Below are positions 39,411-50,773 of a DNA stretch of 64,000 nt, piece by piece. This stretch comes from an uncultured cyanobacterium (lineage in GTDB: Bacteria > Cyanobacteriota > Cyanobacteriia > Cyanobacteriales > CAWCAG01). The notes beneath the pieces were generated by a model. It was not told the origin of the DNA. It worked only from the letters and a program-made list of their open reading frames with translations, and did no database searches. Each line of letters begins with the position of its first letter. Position 1 is the stretch's first letter. The position numbers and the translations under genes are program-made. The DNA lies in contig CAWCAG010000005.1 in NCBI GenBank assembly GCA_963793425.1, positions 384,001-448,000 on the forward strand, read 5' to 3'.

Positions 39411-39498
39411 CAATAATTCAAACTCTTCTCAGATTGCTTAGGGTTAGCCTAGCATAAGTGGAATTTGCGGTGATATTTTAGTTTGAAAGCGTGAAAAC

Positions 39499-41112
39499 TT
39501 ACTCAATTTTTGTTTGCAGCAGATTAAGAATCGCCTCGTAACGGAAATTATCAACCAAATTCACTAATTGATCTTTCAAAACCACTTGTTCTGTAGGAAT
39601 CTGCTCTAAAACTTCAAAAATCAACTTATCATTGAGTTTAGCCACAGCTTCGTACAGTTGAGTAGCCCATTCTTTTGACATTATATCCAAGCTTTCTGGA
39701 GTTAACTTATGAACAGAAACCTGAGATATTGGCTCTTGAGACGTTAGTTGCGCTTCTGGAAACTGTTGATTGAAATTTGGAGTTTGATTTGACTTTTCTA
39801 CTGAAATATCAAACTGAAAAATAGTCCCTTTAGCCAGTTGAGAACGAACAGAAATATCCCCTCCCATCATTTGCACAAATTTGCGGCTAATAGTTAATCC
39901 TAACCCTGTTCCTTGGTGAGAGTTACGTCCTATTTCTGTTTGGACAAAAGCTTGGAATAAATTATTGATCTCTTCTGGGGCAATACCTGCCCCAGTATCT
40001 TCAATAGTGAAAGTAAGAGTGGTTATTTCAGTTTGTTGCTTCCGAATAAGGCTTTGTTCCCCTGCTAATTCTGCTACCTGTAACCTAACGTATCCTTCCT
40101 CAGTAAATTTGATACCATTGTCTAAAAGATTAATGAGAATCTGACGCAACTTACTTTCATCTGTTCTGACATATTGAGGGAGGTTGGGAGAGTAATCAAA
40201 AATAAGCTGCAAATCTTTATTTTCTGCTTGTAGTTTTAGCATCTCCTGAAGGAAGTTAAGGAGACGATGTAAGTCAAAATCTTTAATATTTAGGACTGTT
40301 CTATCTGCTTCGATTTTTGATATTTCTAAGACATTATTAATTAAGCCAAGCAAGTGTTGTCCGCTTTGGTTAATAATGCTGAGAGTTTCTTTATCTTGAG
40401 GAGTTGTAGAGGAAGTTTTGTAAAGTAACTGACTAAAGCCAATAATAGAATTGAGGGGGGTACGAAACTCATGACTCATTTTAGCCAGGAAAGCACTTTT
40501 CGCTCTGTTGGCAGCTTCTGCCTCATATTTAGCTTTGACAAGTGCCACATTTTTGCTGGCTAATTCTCGACGATTGTTTTCTATAGTGACTAAATGTCGA
40601 TAACTTCTTAAAGCAGAGATAGTTGTGGTTAAGAGCTTTTTTTTTGTTAAGTCTACTTTTAGTTTATAGTCGTTAATATCGTAATCGAGAATAACTGATT
40701 CTTCTGGGGCTTCTCCTGGTTGTCCGGTACGTAAAATAATGCGGATTAACTCATTTTTTAATTGTTGCCGTATATATTTAACTACTTCTAAACCAGAATT
40801 ATCTGTTTCCATAACCACATCTAACAACATAAATGCGGTGTCTGGATTAGCAAATATTAGTTTTTTAGCTACTTGCCCTGAATAAGCAGATAAGAAGGTT
40901 AGGGGTTTGTTTTCAAAAGTAAATCTTTTTAAAGCCAATTTAGTAGCTTGATGAACTTCAGGATCATCATCTACAATTATTACCTTCCAAACGTCAGTTT
41001 CTATATTCGTTTGGCTATTGATTTGTTGTGAGTTAACATTGATTTCTTCTTCGTTGTCAAAAACTAAGACATCGTCCTCTTCTGGTATAGAACTTAGGTT
41101 TTCATTGCCCAT
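39499..41112 (-). CDS. Hybrid histidine kinase (N-terminal receiver, HisKA, HATPase)
   Basis: VDDD and DVVME receiver; MSHEFRTPLNS H-box; GTGLGL. Confidence 0.9.
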   Translation of the reverse strand: MGNENLSSIPEEDDVLVFDNEEEINVNSQQINSQTNIETDVWKVIIVDDDPEVHQATKLALKRFTFENKPLTFLSAYSGQVAKKLIFANPDTAFMLLDVVMETDNSGLEVVKYIRQQLKNELIRIILRTGQPGEAPEESVILDYDINDYKLKVDLTKKKLLTTTISALRSYRHLVTIENNRRELASKNVALVKAKYEAEAANRAKSAFLAKMSHEFRTPLNSIIGFSQLLYKTSSTTPQDKETLSIINQSGQHLLGLINNVLEISKIEADRTVLNIKDFDLHRLLNFLQEMLKLQAENKDLQLIFDYSPNLPQYVRTDESKLRQILINLLDNGIKFTEEGYVRLQVAELAGEQSLIRKQQTEITTLTFTIEDTGAGIAPEEINNLFQAFVQTEIGRNSHQGTGLGLTISRKFVQMMGGDISVRSQLAKGTIFQFDISVEKSNQTPNFNQQFPEAQLTSQEPISQVSVHKLTPESLDIMSKEWATQLYEAVAKLNDKLIFEVLEQIPTEQVVLKDQLVNLVDNFRYEAILNLLQTKIE

Positions 41113-41161
41113 GGTTATATATATACAGCGAGTATCTAATTATGGTTAAGCTGTTAGAAAT

Positions 41162-42445
41162 TTAGGAAGTTTGATTTAATAAACAAGGCAGACTGATCTT
41201 AAATATTGTTCCCGAACCCTCTTGACTTTGAACTTGGATCGTTCCTTGAAGCTTTTGCGTAACTAAGTTGTAAACGAGATGTAAGCCCAAGCCGCTACCC
41301 CCCCTATTTCTAGCTGTAGTAAAAAAAGGCTCAAAAATTTTAGTCAAATTTTCTTGGTTAATGCCTTGACCATCGTCTTTATATTCAATTTCAACTCTAT
41401 CTTTTTGTTGCTCAACTGCAAAGTATAATGAACCAGACTTACCTTGCTGATAGCCATGAATGAGAGAATTAATCACTAAGTTAGTGACAATTTGCGAAAA
41501 AGCCCCAGGATAACTTTCTACCTCAATTGTGTCATCTCCCTCTAAAGTTAAGGTATGGGCGGTTTTTTTTAATTGCGGTTTAAGGCTGATAATAACTTCA
41601 TGTAAATAAGGTTTAACAGCAAAACGGCGCACTTCTAAGTTAGTTTGATCTACTGCAACTTGTTTGAAGCTTTGTACTAATTCTCCTGCACGCTGTAAAT
41701 TACCAAGAATTAGCTGGCTACTTTCTTGTGCCAAGTCTAAATATTCTTCTAAAACAGAACGCTTTAAATTACCTTGATTAAAAGCAGTATTTAAAGCTTT
41801 TGTTTCATCCGCTAAAGTGGAAGCTGCCGTAATTCCTGTACCAACAGGAGTATTAATTTCATGGGCAACTCCAGCCACCAAATCACCCAAAGCTGCCATT
41901 TTTTCTACTTCAATTAGTTGTTTTTGAGTTGCTTTCAGTTGTTGTAAGGTATCTTGCAGTCCTTGCTCTGCCAATTTCCTTTGTTCGATTTCCTCTTCCA
42001 GAAGAAGATTTTTGTTTTCTAAGGCATTAGTTAAACTTTGTAAGTGGAGGTGAACTTTGATACGGGCTAAGACTTCTTCTGAGCGAATTGGTTTGGTAAT
42101 ATAATCTACTGCTCCTAAAGATAAGCCTTTGACTTTGTTGATTGTGTCATTAAGAGCAGTCATGAAAATCACAGGAATAGCTGCAGTTGAGCTATCTTGC
42201 TTGAGGAGACGACAGGTTTCAAATCCGTCGATTCCTGGCATCATTACATCTAATAAAATCAAGTCTGGTGGTCTATATTTAGCTAGTTCAAGAGTACTTT
42301 CACCATCAGTAGCAACGGCTACTTTAAAACCATCGTTGTTTAAAGTAGTAGAGATAACTTCTAAGTTAGTAGAATTATCGTCAACCACTAAGATAATGTA
42401 GTTATGATTACTAAAATCACTAGGATTTTCTGAGAACAAACCCAT
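41162..42445 (-). CDS. Hybrid histidine kinase (receiver plus NtrB-like kinase)
   Basis: DVMMPGIDG receiver; AHEINTP; FEPFFTT; GSGLGL. Confidence 0.9.
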   Translation of the reverse strand: MGLFSENPSDFSNHNYIILVVDDNSTNLEVISTTLNNDGFKVAVATDGESTLELAKYRPPDLILLDVMMPGIDGFETCRLLKQDSSTAAIPVIFMTALNDTINKVKGLSLGAVDYITKPIRSEEVLARIKVHLHLQSLTNALENKNLLLEEEIEQRKLAEQGLQDTLQQLKATQKQLIEVEKMAALGDLVAGVAHEINTPVGTGITAASTLADETKALNTAFNQGNLKRSVLEEYLDLAQESSQLILGNLQRAGELVQSFKQVAVDQTNLEVRRFAVKPYLHEVIISLKPQLKKTAHTLTLEGDDTIEVESYPGAFSQIVTNLVINSLIHGYQQGKSGSLYFAVEQQKDRVEIEYKDDGQGINQENLTKIFEPFFTTARNRGGSGLGLHLVYNLVTQKLQGTIQVQSQEGSGTIFKISLPCLLNQTS

Positions 42446-42504
42446 GAACTTGCTGTTAAATATAAATACTTTTTATTTTACCCTTGATCCTTTGATTTAC
42501 TGGT

Positions 42505-42876
42505 TTATCTTAAGGTCATGAATATACTAATAACAAAGATAATTAGCAAAATTACTAACCATCGATTGCGCCAACACCAATTTTTAATAGTTTGACTTAA
42601 ACTATCGGTTCTATACACAGCCCTTGCCAACTCTGCTTCCGGGGGTTTATTGATATCTTGATAAAGAGTGCAGGTTTTAGCATAGGGACGCTGAGGAAAA
42701 GTGCAAGTATCATCCTGATGATAGATGCAGTTAGGACAGAGAAAAGATTTTTCTGGGGCATGGTATAAAGGCATACCAGGATGACCAAAAGCCTTAAGCT
42801 CGTAGCCACAATGAGGGCAGCTAACTTGTTCTGCATTGATGGTTCGGTCACAGCGAGGACAATTGAACATAGGCAT
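42505..42876 (-). CDS. Zinc-ribbon membrane-anchored protein
   Basis: CPRC..CPHC and CPNC..C..C motifs; C-terminal TM. Confidence 0.75.
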   Translation of the reverse strand: MPMFNCPRCDRTINAEQVSCPHCGYELKAFGHPGMPLYHAPEKSFLCPNCIYHQDDTCTFPQRPYAKTCTLYQDINKPPEAELARAVYRTDSLSQTIKNWCWRNRWLVILLIIFVISIFMTLR

Positions 42877-43001
42877 TTTGGACAGAAGGTGGTAGAGGCT
42901 AGTAGTGCAAACCGCCCCTAATTAGCTATTCAGGTAACAATTTAATTGTGCCATCATGAAAGAGTTATTTGCTTTGCTGACTTAACTATCTAAAAAGTAT
43001 T

Positions 43002-43325
43002 ATGGATGATAATAATTTTCTCAAACAACTATTAATGGTCGGTGTTGGGACAACTTCTTTAGCTGCGGAAAGATTGCGAGAAGTTAGCCAAGAATGGGTA
43101 AAAGAAGGCAAAATCAACCCCGATCAAGCTAAGGGCATGGTAGATGATCTCGTAGATCACCTCAAGTCTGAACAAGGTAACTTTGAAGGACAAATGGAGC
43201 GGCAGTTGCGTAATATGTTGCAAGATTTGGGAGTATCTCGCCAATCAGAAGTTGATGAATTGCGTGGACGCATAGATCGCTTAGAGCGTCAAGTTCGGGA
43301 TCTAGAAAACAAACTGTGGCGTTAG
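43002..43325 (+). CDS. Phasin-family (PhaF-like) protein
   Basis: LLMVGVGTTSL, WVKEGKI and QSEVDELRGRIDRLE; conserved beside FKBP. Confidence 0.75.
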   Translation: MDDNNFLKQLLMVGVGTTSLAAERLREVSQEWVKEGKINPDQAKGMVDDLVDHLKSEQGNFEGQMERQLRNMLQDLGVSRQSEVDELRGRIDRLERQVRDLENKLWR

Positions 43326-43368
43326 GTTGTATACTGCCAACCTGTAGCCCTCCGGTGAGGAACAGTAG

Positions 43369-43932
43369 ATGAGAGAAATATTAATTAGTTTTGGGGTAAT
43401 TGTTGCTTGTAGTTTAGTGTTGATAGTCTCTGTTTTGTTTACCAACGGCAAAGCCCAAGAGTCTATTGCTGCTGAGGTGAATCAACCTCAAGTAATAACA
43501 ACTCAAGTACCACAGGCTAAAACGACAAAAGATGCTGGGACACTTCTAGCTGCAAATATTAAAGCAAATAAGGAAAACATTGATATGGATAATGCTGTAA
43601 CAACTCCTTCAGGACTAAAATACACTGAAATTGAAGAAGGAGATGGTGCTAGCCCCAGCCAAGGACAAACCGTAGTGGTTCACTACACAGGAACCCTAGA
43701 AGATGGTACAAAGTTTGATAGTTCCCGCGATCGCAACCAACCTTTTTCTTTTAAAATTGGTGTTGGTCAGGTGATTAAAGGTTGGGATGAAGGTGTTGGT
43801 TCGATGAAAGTAGGTGGTCGCCGTCAACTTATTATTCCCTCAGAGTTAGGTTATGGAACTAGAGGTGCTGGTGGTGTAATTCCTCCTAATGCAACCTTGC
43901 TTTTTGATGTCGAACTTTTGGATATTAAGTAA
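43369..43932 (+). CDS. FKBP-type peptidyl-prolyl isomerase
   Basis: VHYTGTLEDGTKFDSS, VIKGWDEG and IPPNATLLFDVEL. Confidence 0.95.
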   Translation: MREILISFGVIVACSLVLIVSVLFTNGKAQESIAAEVNQPQVITTQVPQAKTTKDAGTLLAANIKANKENIDMDNAVTTPSGLKYTEIEEGDGASPSQGQTVVVHYTGTLEDGTKFDSSRDRNQPFSFKIGVGQVIKGWDEGVGSMKVGGRRQLIIPSELGYGTRGAGGVIPPNATLLFDVELLDIK

Positions 43933-43974
43933 GGATGAGGGGCAGATAGCCCCTATACTTTACCTTAGACCAAA

Positions 43975-45141
43975 ATGCAAATTTACCTCGATTACAGCGC
44001 TACCACTCCAGCTAGAGCGGAAGTTGTTGCTACGATGCAAGAAGTCCTCTCTCAGCAGTGGGGAAATCCTTCTAGCTTGCATGAATGGGGACAAAGTGCC
44101 GCAACGGTTTTAGAAACGGCTAGAATGCAAGTTGCTAGCTTAATTAATGCTTCTAACCCCGAAGAAGTTGTTTTTACCTCTGGAGGGACAGAAGCGGATA
44201 ATCTTGCCATTATGGGAGTGGTAAGGCAATATGCTACTCCTAGGCATTTAATTATTTCGACGGTGGAACATTCTGCTGTTGCTGAACCAGCTAAACTTTT
44301 GGAAAAATGGGGTTGGCAGGTTACTCGATTACCTGTTAATGAACAAGGCAGAGTTAATCCTTTAGATTTACAAGCAGCTTTGCAACCGAATACGGTTTTA
44401 GTTTCAGTTATATATGGGCAAAGCGAAGTAGGAACTTTGCAACCAATTGAAGAGTTGGCAGAAATTACTCACAATCAAGGGGTTTTGTTCCATACTGATG
44501 CAGTGCAAGTGGTTGGTAGGTTACCTATAGATGTACAAAGTTTAAAGATAGATTTACTTTCCCTTTCTGGACATAAAATTTATGGGACTCAAGGTTCCGG
44601 AGCTTTGTATATTAGAAAAGGTTTAGAATTAGTCCCTTTATTATCAGGAGGGGGACAAGAATCAAGTTTTCGTTCTGGAACTCAAGCTGTTGCTACTATA
44701 GCTGGATTAGGAATAGCAGCGGAGTTGGCAGCCACAGAAATAGCCACAGAAACACGAAGATTGAGAAAAATGCGGGATCGCCTCTTTGAACTCCTAACAG
44801 ATTGTCCTTATCTTATACCCACAGGAGATAGGTTACATAGACTTCCCCATCACCTTAGTTTTCGCTTAAGCCCCACTTCTTCTCAGATAACGGGTAAAAC
44901 TTTGGTACGCCAGTTGAATTTAGCCGGAATTGGGATTAGCGCTGGTTCAGCTTGTCACAGTGGTAAACTCTCTCCTAGCCCAATTTTACTAGCTATGGGT
45001 TATGGTGAAATAGAAGCTTTGGGGGGAATTCGTTTGAGCTTAGGCAAAGATACTACTGAAGCAGATGTCGATTGGGTGGCAATGGTGTTAAAACAAATCT
45101 TAGAACGAGTTTTTAATCCCTTAGTCTCAGCTAAAGTTTAG
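43975..45141 (+). CDS. iscS: Cysteine desulfurase (IscS/NifS type)
   Basis: YLDYSATTP, FTSGGTEADN, SGHKIYG and SAGSAC. Confidence 0.9.
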   Translation: MQIYLDYSATTPARAEVVATMQEVLSQQWGNPSSLHEWGQSAATVLETARMQVASLINASNPEEVVFTSGGTEADNLAIMGVVRQYATPRHLIISTVEHSAVAEPAKLLEKWGWQVTRLPVNEQGRVNPLDLQAALQPNTVLVSVIYGQSEVGTLQPIEELAEITHNQGVLFHTDAVQVVGRLPIDVQSLKIDLLSLSGHKIYGTQGSGALYIRKGLELVPLLSGGGQESSFRSGTQAVATIAGLGIAAELAATEIATETRRLRKMRDRLFELLTDCPYLIPTGDRLHRLPHHLSFRLSPTSSQITGKTLVRQLNLAGIGISAGSACHSGKLSPSPILLAMGYGEIEALGGIRLSLGKDTTEADVDWVAMVLKQILERVFNPLVSAKV

Positions 45142-45304
45142 TTGCTTTTTATAACCAGCAAAATCTTTTAAAATTTACCCGGTTGACCTTTCCTTAAACC
45201 GGAGTTATATAAAGTTAGTGTTAATTTAATCCCATATACTGCTGAGGGTGTCTCTACCTTATTCCCAGTCACCATCTTTTCCGTAGTGAAGACATAACTC
45301 AAGT

Positions 45305-48300
45305 ATGACTACCCTGGCAGATTATCGAATCATCGCTCAAATTTACGAGAGCAATTTTTCTGTTGTTTATCGGGCTATTAGGAATCGAGATAGTAAACCA
45401 ATTATTCTTAAGTTCCTCAAGCAAGATTATCCTAGCACTCAAGAAATTGCTAAATATAAACAGGAATATGAAATAACTCGTAATCTACGTAGTGAAGGAG
45501 TCATTCTTACCTATGGGCTACAGAAATACCAAAATACTCTAGTGATGATTTTAGAAGATTTTGGTGGTCAGTCTCTCAATTTTTTGTTTAAAAAGCAGCT
45601 TATCAGCTTAGAAGAATTTTTACAAATAGCCCTAAAAATTGTTGATATTTTAGCAGAAATTCATGATGCGGGAGTGATTCATAAAGACCTCAATTTAAGC
45701 AATATTGTTTATAATCCTGAAACCAAACAAGTCAAGATTATTGACTTTGGTATTTCTACAGTTTTTACTCAAGAAAACCCTCCCTTAAAAAATCCGCAAA
45801 TCCTAGAAGGAACTTTAGCTTATATCTCTCCTGAACAAACAGGCAGAATGAACCGTGCAATAGATTATCGCACAGATTTTTATTCAGTGGGAGTTAGTTT
45901 TTATGAGCTTTTAACTCAACAACTTCCTTTTACTGCAACCGATGCTATGGAGTTGGTACATTGTCACTTAGCAAAACAACCTCTTTCTCCTCAGCAACAT
46001 AAACCTAATATTCCTACAGTAGTTAGTAATTTAGTTATGAAGTTGATGGCTAAGAGGGCTGAGGATAGATATCAGAGTACTTGGAGTTTGAAAAAGGATC
46101 TTAGTCAATGCTTAACCCAATACCGAGAAACAGGAAAAATCGAGCTTTTTTCTTTAGGTGAACAGGACATTTCCGAACAATTTCTTTTACCTCAAAAGCT
46201 TTATGGTAGAGAAGCTGAAGTAACAAGTTTGCTGCAAAGTTTTGAGGATGTAACTAGTAATAAGAGTGAGAGAAATACTAATACCAAGAAAATTAAATTA
46301 GTTCTTGTTTCTGGTGCTTCTGGTATCGGTAAGTCAGCATTTGTCAAGGAACTATACAAACCGATTACCCAAAGACGGGGTTATTTTATTGCCGGGGAGT
46401 TTGCAGAATTTCAAAGTAATATGCCTTATACAGCTATTGCTAGTGCTTTCTCAAGCCTGGTTAAACAACTACTAACCGAAGAGCAAAATAAGCTTAATCA
46501 ATGGCGAAATAAAATTTTAGCTGCCGTTGGCAATAATGCCCAAGTGATTATTGAAGTTATTCCTGAGTTGGAATTAATTATTGGCAAACAACCGACACTA
46601 CAAAAGTTAGGTTTAATTGAATCTCAAAACCGCTTCAATCTCGTTTTCCCTAGTTTCATGCAGGTATTTTGCCAGTTAGAACATCCTTTAGTTCTCTTTT
46701 TAGATAACTTGCAATGGGTTGATAGTGCTTCTCTAAATTTAGTGGAGTTGGTTTTAGCTGATCCGAAAACTGAATACCTATTTTTAATCGGTGCTTATCG
46801 AAATAATGAGGTTGATTCTCACCATCCTCTAACAGAAAGCTGGGAAAGAATTACCCAAAGAGGAATTTCTGTACAGCAGATTAATTTAGCACCTTTAAAG
46901 CTTAACCAAGTTACTCAGTTTATTGGTGATACTCTACATCAAAATTGCCAAGAGGTAAAACTGTTAGCTGAGTTGGTATGGCAAAAAACTAGAGGTAATC
47001 CTTTTTTTATTAATCAATTCTTACAAACTCTCTATCAAAGAAAACAAATTTATTTTTGTCCCCTCGCTTCTGGAAAAGGTAAGTGGCAATGGAATTTGCC
47101 AGAAATAGAAGCTATTGCCATTACTGAAAACGTAGTTGATTTAATGGCAGCCAAGCTACAAAAGCTGCCCCAAACAACCTGTGAAATTTTAAAAATAGCA
47201 GCTTGCATCGGTAACAATTTTGCTCTTGATATTTTATCTTTGTTGCAACAAGAAAACCATAACGACATTTTTACTAGTCTCTTACCTGCAATTCAGGAAG
47301 GATTAATTGTTCCCAACTCGGATATTCCCTTAGAAACAGATTGGTTTGGTTCCTCTCTTTTAGTAGCTACCTATAAGTTTCTTCATGATAAAATCCGCTG
47401 CTCTGCTCTTGCTTTAATGGAGAGAGAACAGCGGATTAAGTTACATTGGAAAATCGGCATTATTTTATTACAAAAATATCAACTGCAAGCTGACAAAGAA
47501 GATATTTTTCTGGTAGTAGATCATCTCAATTTAGGTAAAGAGACAGTTACTGACTCGGCAAAACTTTTGCAACTAGCTCGTTTAAATCTTATAGCTAGTA
47601 AAAAAGCGAGAGATACAACAGCTTATAGAGCTGCTCGGCAATATTTAATAACAATTAAGAACAGTTTAGGAGATAGAGTTTGGCAAGATTATGCTTTAGC
47701 TTTTTCTTTATACAAAGATTTAGCTGAATTAGAATCTATTCATGGTAACTTTGAGGTAACTGAAGTATTACTAGAAGAACTTATACAACGAGCCAATTCA
47801 AATTTCAATCTTGCCGAAATATATAGAATGGCGATTGTACATTATACAGTGATATCTCAAGAAGAAAAAGCTATTGCTCTAGGAATAAAAGCTTTAGCTT
47901 TGCTAGACATTAAATTACCAGAAAATCAGGATGCACCTACAGCGATACAGCAAGGATTAGCTAAAAATGAAGAAATTATTAGCAATAGAGAAATTGCTAC
48001 TTTGGTGAATGAACCAGAAGGGACAAAATTAGATAAAAATTTAGCTATCAAAATTCTTAGTGCTTTATTGCCTCCAGCTTATCTTACTAAACAAGAAGAT
48101 TTATTTTTCTTAATTGCAACTAAAATTGTTACTCTCTCTTTGGAATATGGCTTCATTCCCGAATCATCCTATGGTGTTGTCTGTTATGGAATGCTTTGGA
48201 TGTTTAGGGAAAATAACTATCAGCAAGGCTATAAATTTGGTTTGCTTGCTCGCAATCTTAGCCACCGCTTCGGCAAGCTAGATGATGTTTGTAAAACTTG

Positions 48301-50716
48301 CTATACATTAGCTAATAATTTAATCCCTTGGGTGAAGCCTTTAAAAGAATCTGAAGCTATTTTTGAAGAAGGGTATCGTGCAGGTTTAAATGTAGGAGAG
48401 TACAATTTCGTTAGCTATATTCTCATTTATAAGTTACTGAACTCATTCTACCGCGCTCAAAACCTAGAAAAGCTACAAGAAGAAATTGCAGAAGCTTTAC
48501 AATTTGTCCATAAAATAGGTCAAAAATTAGCGATTGACACTATTACTGCTTTAGAAACCATAGTTTTAAATCTGACAGGAAAAACCGATAATAAATATAC
48601 CTTCACTAAAAAAGGATTTATAGAAAAAGATTATCTCAAAAAATGCCAACAACAAGCTAATTGTTATTCTTTATGTCATTATCATCTTCTTAAAGCCAAA
48701 CTACTCTATCTCTACGGCAAAGCCGACCTTGCTTTACAAGAGATTATCTGTGCTGGAGATATCAATTCTATTCTTCCTGGTAAGTTTCAAATAACTGAAC
48801 ACAATTTTTATCACTCCCTTTGTTTAACGGCTCTCTACTTAAAAGCTTCTCCTCAAAAGCAAAATCAGTATTGGCAACAATTAGAAAAAAATCAAACAGA
48901 AATGCAAGTTTGGGCTGATAACTGTCCGGAGAACTTCTTGGCTAAGCATCTTCTAGTTGCCGCAGAAATAGCTCGTATTAAACACAACCAAGTAGAAGCA
49001 ATCAACTTATATAACCAAGCTATTGAAGCAGCAGAAAGCAGCGATTTTTTACAAATTGAAGCTATAGGCCACGAATTAGCTGCTCAATTTTGGGCAAGGC
49101 AAAATAATCAAAGATATGCTTTTTCGCACTGGCGTGATGCCCATTATAAATATCAATTATGGGGAGCGAAGTATAAAGTAGAAGACTTAGAAAAAGAACA
49201 TCCTGAATTACTAACTTATCAACTAGGAACAGGACAATCGCCAGAAATTAATAAATCTCATACTTCCACAGTTAATACTAGTAGTAGCTCTAGCCTAGTT
49301 CTTGACTTCGTCACTGTAGTCAAAGCATCTCAAGCAATATCTGGAGAAATTGTCTTTGACAAACTTTTAGCTAACTTAATGAAGATTGCCACTGAAAATG
49401 CAGGAGCAAGGGAAGGTTATCTGCTCTTGCAAAGAGAAGATAAAATGTTAGTAGAAGCTGTAGCATCTGTAGATAACCAGGCATTGGTTTATGATACCGT
49501 ACCTATAGATGCTTGCCATAGTTTGCCTTGGACAATCATCAACTATGTAACTAGAACCCAGTTTGATGTTCTTCTTAATGATGCTGCTAGGGAAGGAGAT
49601 TTTATTAATGATCCTTATATTGCTTATAAACAACTTAAGTCAGTTCTTTGTACCCCTATTCTTAACCGAGGTAAATTACTAGGTATTTTGTATTTAGAAA
49701 ATAACCTAATTAAAGGGGCTTTTACAGAAGAGCGCCTAGAAATACTGCGTATTCTTTCTGCCCAAGCAGCTATCTCTATTGAAAATGCTTTACTCTATGC
49801 TTCTGTAGAAAATAAAGTTGCAGCCAGAACTAAAGAATTAAACAACAAAAACTTTGATTTGGCACATACTTTACAACAATTAAAACATACTCAATCTCAA
49901 CTTGTACAAAGTGAGAAAATGTCTAGCTTAGGACAAATGATAGCAGGCATTGCTCACGAAATAAATAACCCTGTTAGTTTTATTTATGGCAATATAGAAT
50001 ATGCAAGAGAATATATTCAAGACCTACTATATCTAATTAATACTTACCAAGAAGAGCATCCCCAACCTTCCCCAAAAATTCAGGAAGTCAGAGAAACTAT
50101 CGACTTAGACTTTTTAGTTCAAGACTTACAAAAACTTCTCAAATCTATGAAAGTGGGAGCAGAACGTATTCGTAATATTGTTATCTCCCTCAAAAACTTT
50201 TCGCGTCTTGATCGCCTCAAAAAAAGCCCTGTAAATCTTCATGAAGGTTTGGATAACACCATTTTAATTTTACAACATCGCTTGAGAGGAAAAGGTGAAA
50301 AACCGAGCATTAAATTAATTAAAAACTATGGCAAGCTCCCTTTAATAACCTGCTATGGCAGCCAACTAAATCAAGTATTCATGAATCTTCTTGCTAATGC
50401 AATTGATGCTTTAGAAGGTAAAGGTAGTGAACAAAACATACCCATTAAAGATCCTGAAATAACCATTTATACAGAATTAACTGCCTCAACTACAATTATC
50501 CGCATTATTGACAACGGAACCGGTATCAGCGCAGAATTACAAAGCAAAATTTTTGACCCCTTCTTTACTACAAAATCTGTGGGTTCGGGTACTGGCTTAG
50601 GCTTATCTATTAGTTATCAAATAGTTGTGGAGAAACACGGCGGTAGCCTCGCTTGCCATTCCTTTCTGGGGCAAGGGACTGAATTTATTATTGAAATTCC
50701 TTTGGCTAATAGCTGA
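45305..50716 (+). CDS. Ser/Thr kinase-AAA-GAF-histidine kinase (HstK type)
   Basis: DFG and GTLAYISPEQTGR; GASGIGKS P-loop; GAF (LYLENN); AHEINNP; GTGLGL. Confidence 0.92.
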   Translation: MTTLADYRIIAQIYESNFSVVYRAIRNRDSKPIILKFLKQDYPSTQEIAKYKQEYEITRNLRSEGVILTYGLQKYQNTLVMILEDFGGQSLNFLFKKQLISLEEFLQIALKIVDILAEIHDAGVIHKDLNLSNIVYNPETKQVKIIDFGISTVFTQENPPLKNPQILEGTLAYISPEQTGRMNRAIDYRTDFYSVGVSFYELLTQQLPFTATDAMELVHCHLAKQPLSPQQHKPNIPTVVSNLVMKLMAKRAEDRYQSTWSLKKDLSQCLTQYRETGKIELFSLGEQDISEQFLLPQKLYGREAEVTSLLQSFEDVTSNKSERNTNTKKIKLVLVSGASGIGKSAFVKELYKPITQRRGYFIAGEFAEFQSNMPYTAIASAFSSLVKQLLTEEQNKLNQWRNKILAAVGNNAQVIIEVIPELELIIGKQPTLQKLGLIESQNRFNLVFPSFMQVFCQLEHPLVLFLDNLQWVDSASLNLVELVLADPKTEYLFLIGAYRNNEVDSHHPLTESWERITQRGISVQQINLAPLKLNQVTQFIGDTLHQNCQEVKLLAELVWQKTRGNPFFINQFLQTLYQRKQIYFCPLASGKGKWQWNLPEIEAIAITENVVDLMAAKLQKLPQTTCEILKIAACIGNNFALDILSLLQQENHNDIFTSLLPAIQEGLIVPNSDIPLETDWFGSSLLVATYKFLHDKIRCSALALMEREQRIKLHWKIGIILLQKYQLQADKEDIFLVVDHLNLGKETVTDSAKLLQLARLNLIASKKARDTTAYRAARQYLITIKNSLGDRVWQDYALAFSLYKDLAELESIHGNFEVTEVLLEELIQRANSNFNLAEIYRMAIVHYTVISQEEKAIALGIKALALLDIKLPENQDAPTAIQQGLAKNEEIISNREIATLVNEPEGTKLDKNLAIKILSALLPPAYLTKQEDLFFLIATKIVTLSLEYGFIPESSYGVVCYGMLWMFRENNYQQGYKFGLLARNLSHRFGKLDDVCKTCYTLANNLIPWVKPLKESEAIFEEGYRAGLNVGEYNFVSYILIYKLLNSFYRAQNLEKLQEEIAEALQFVHKIGQKLAIDTITALETIVLNLTGKTDNKYTFTKKGFIEKDYLKKCQQQANCYSLCHYHLLKAKLLYLYGKADLALQEIICAGDINSILPGKFQITEHNFYHSLCLTALYLKASPQKQNQYWQQLEKNQTEMQVWADNCPENFLAKHLLVAAEIARIKHNQVEAINLYNQAIEAAESSDFLQIEAIGHELAAQFWARQNNQRYAFSHWRDAHYKYQLWGAKYKVEDLEKEHPELLTYQLGTGQSPEINKSHTSTVNTSSSSSLVLDFVTVVKASQAISGEIVFDKLLANLMKIATENAGAREGYLLLQREDKMLVEAVASVDNQALVYDTVPIDACHSLPWTIINYVTRTQFDVLLNDAAREGDFINDPYIAYKQLKSVLCTPILNRGKLLGILYLENNLIKGAFTEERLEILRILSAQAAISIENALLYASVENKVAARTKELNNKNFDLAHTLQQLKHTQSQLVQSEKMSSLGQMIAGIAHEINNPVSFIYGNIEYAREYIQDLLYLINTYQEEHPQPSPKIQEVRETIDLDFLVQDLQKLLKSMKVGAERIRNIVISLKNFSRLDRLKKSPVNLHEGLDNTILILQHRLRGKGEKPSIKLIKNYGKLPLITCYGSQLNQVFMNLLANAIDALEGKGSEQNIPIKDPEITIYTELTASTTIIRIIDNGTGISAELQSKIFDPFFTTKSVGSGTGLGLSISYQIVVEKHGGSLACHSFLGQGTEFIIEIPLANS

Positions 50717-50773
50717 TACCATTTATCATTTATTAATGACTTCCGTGAAGCGGCTGACTTACCTACAAAAACC

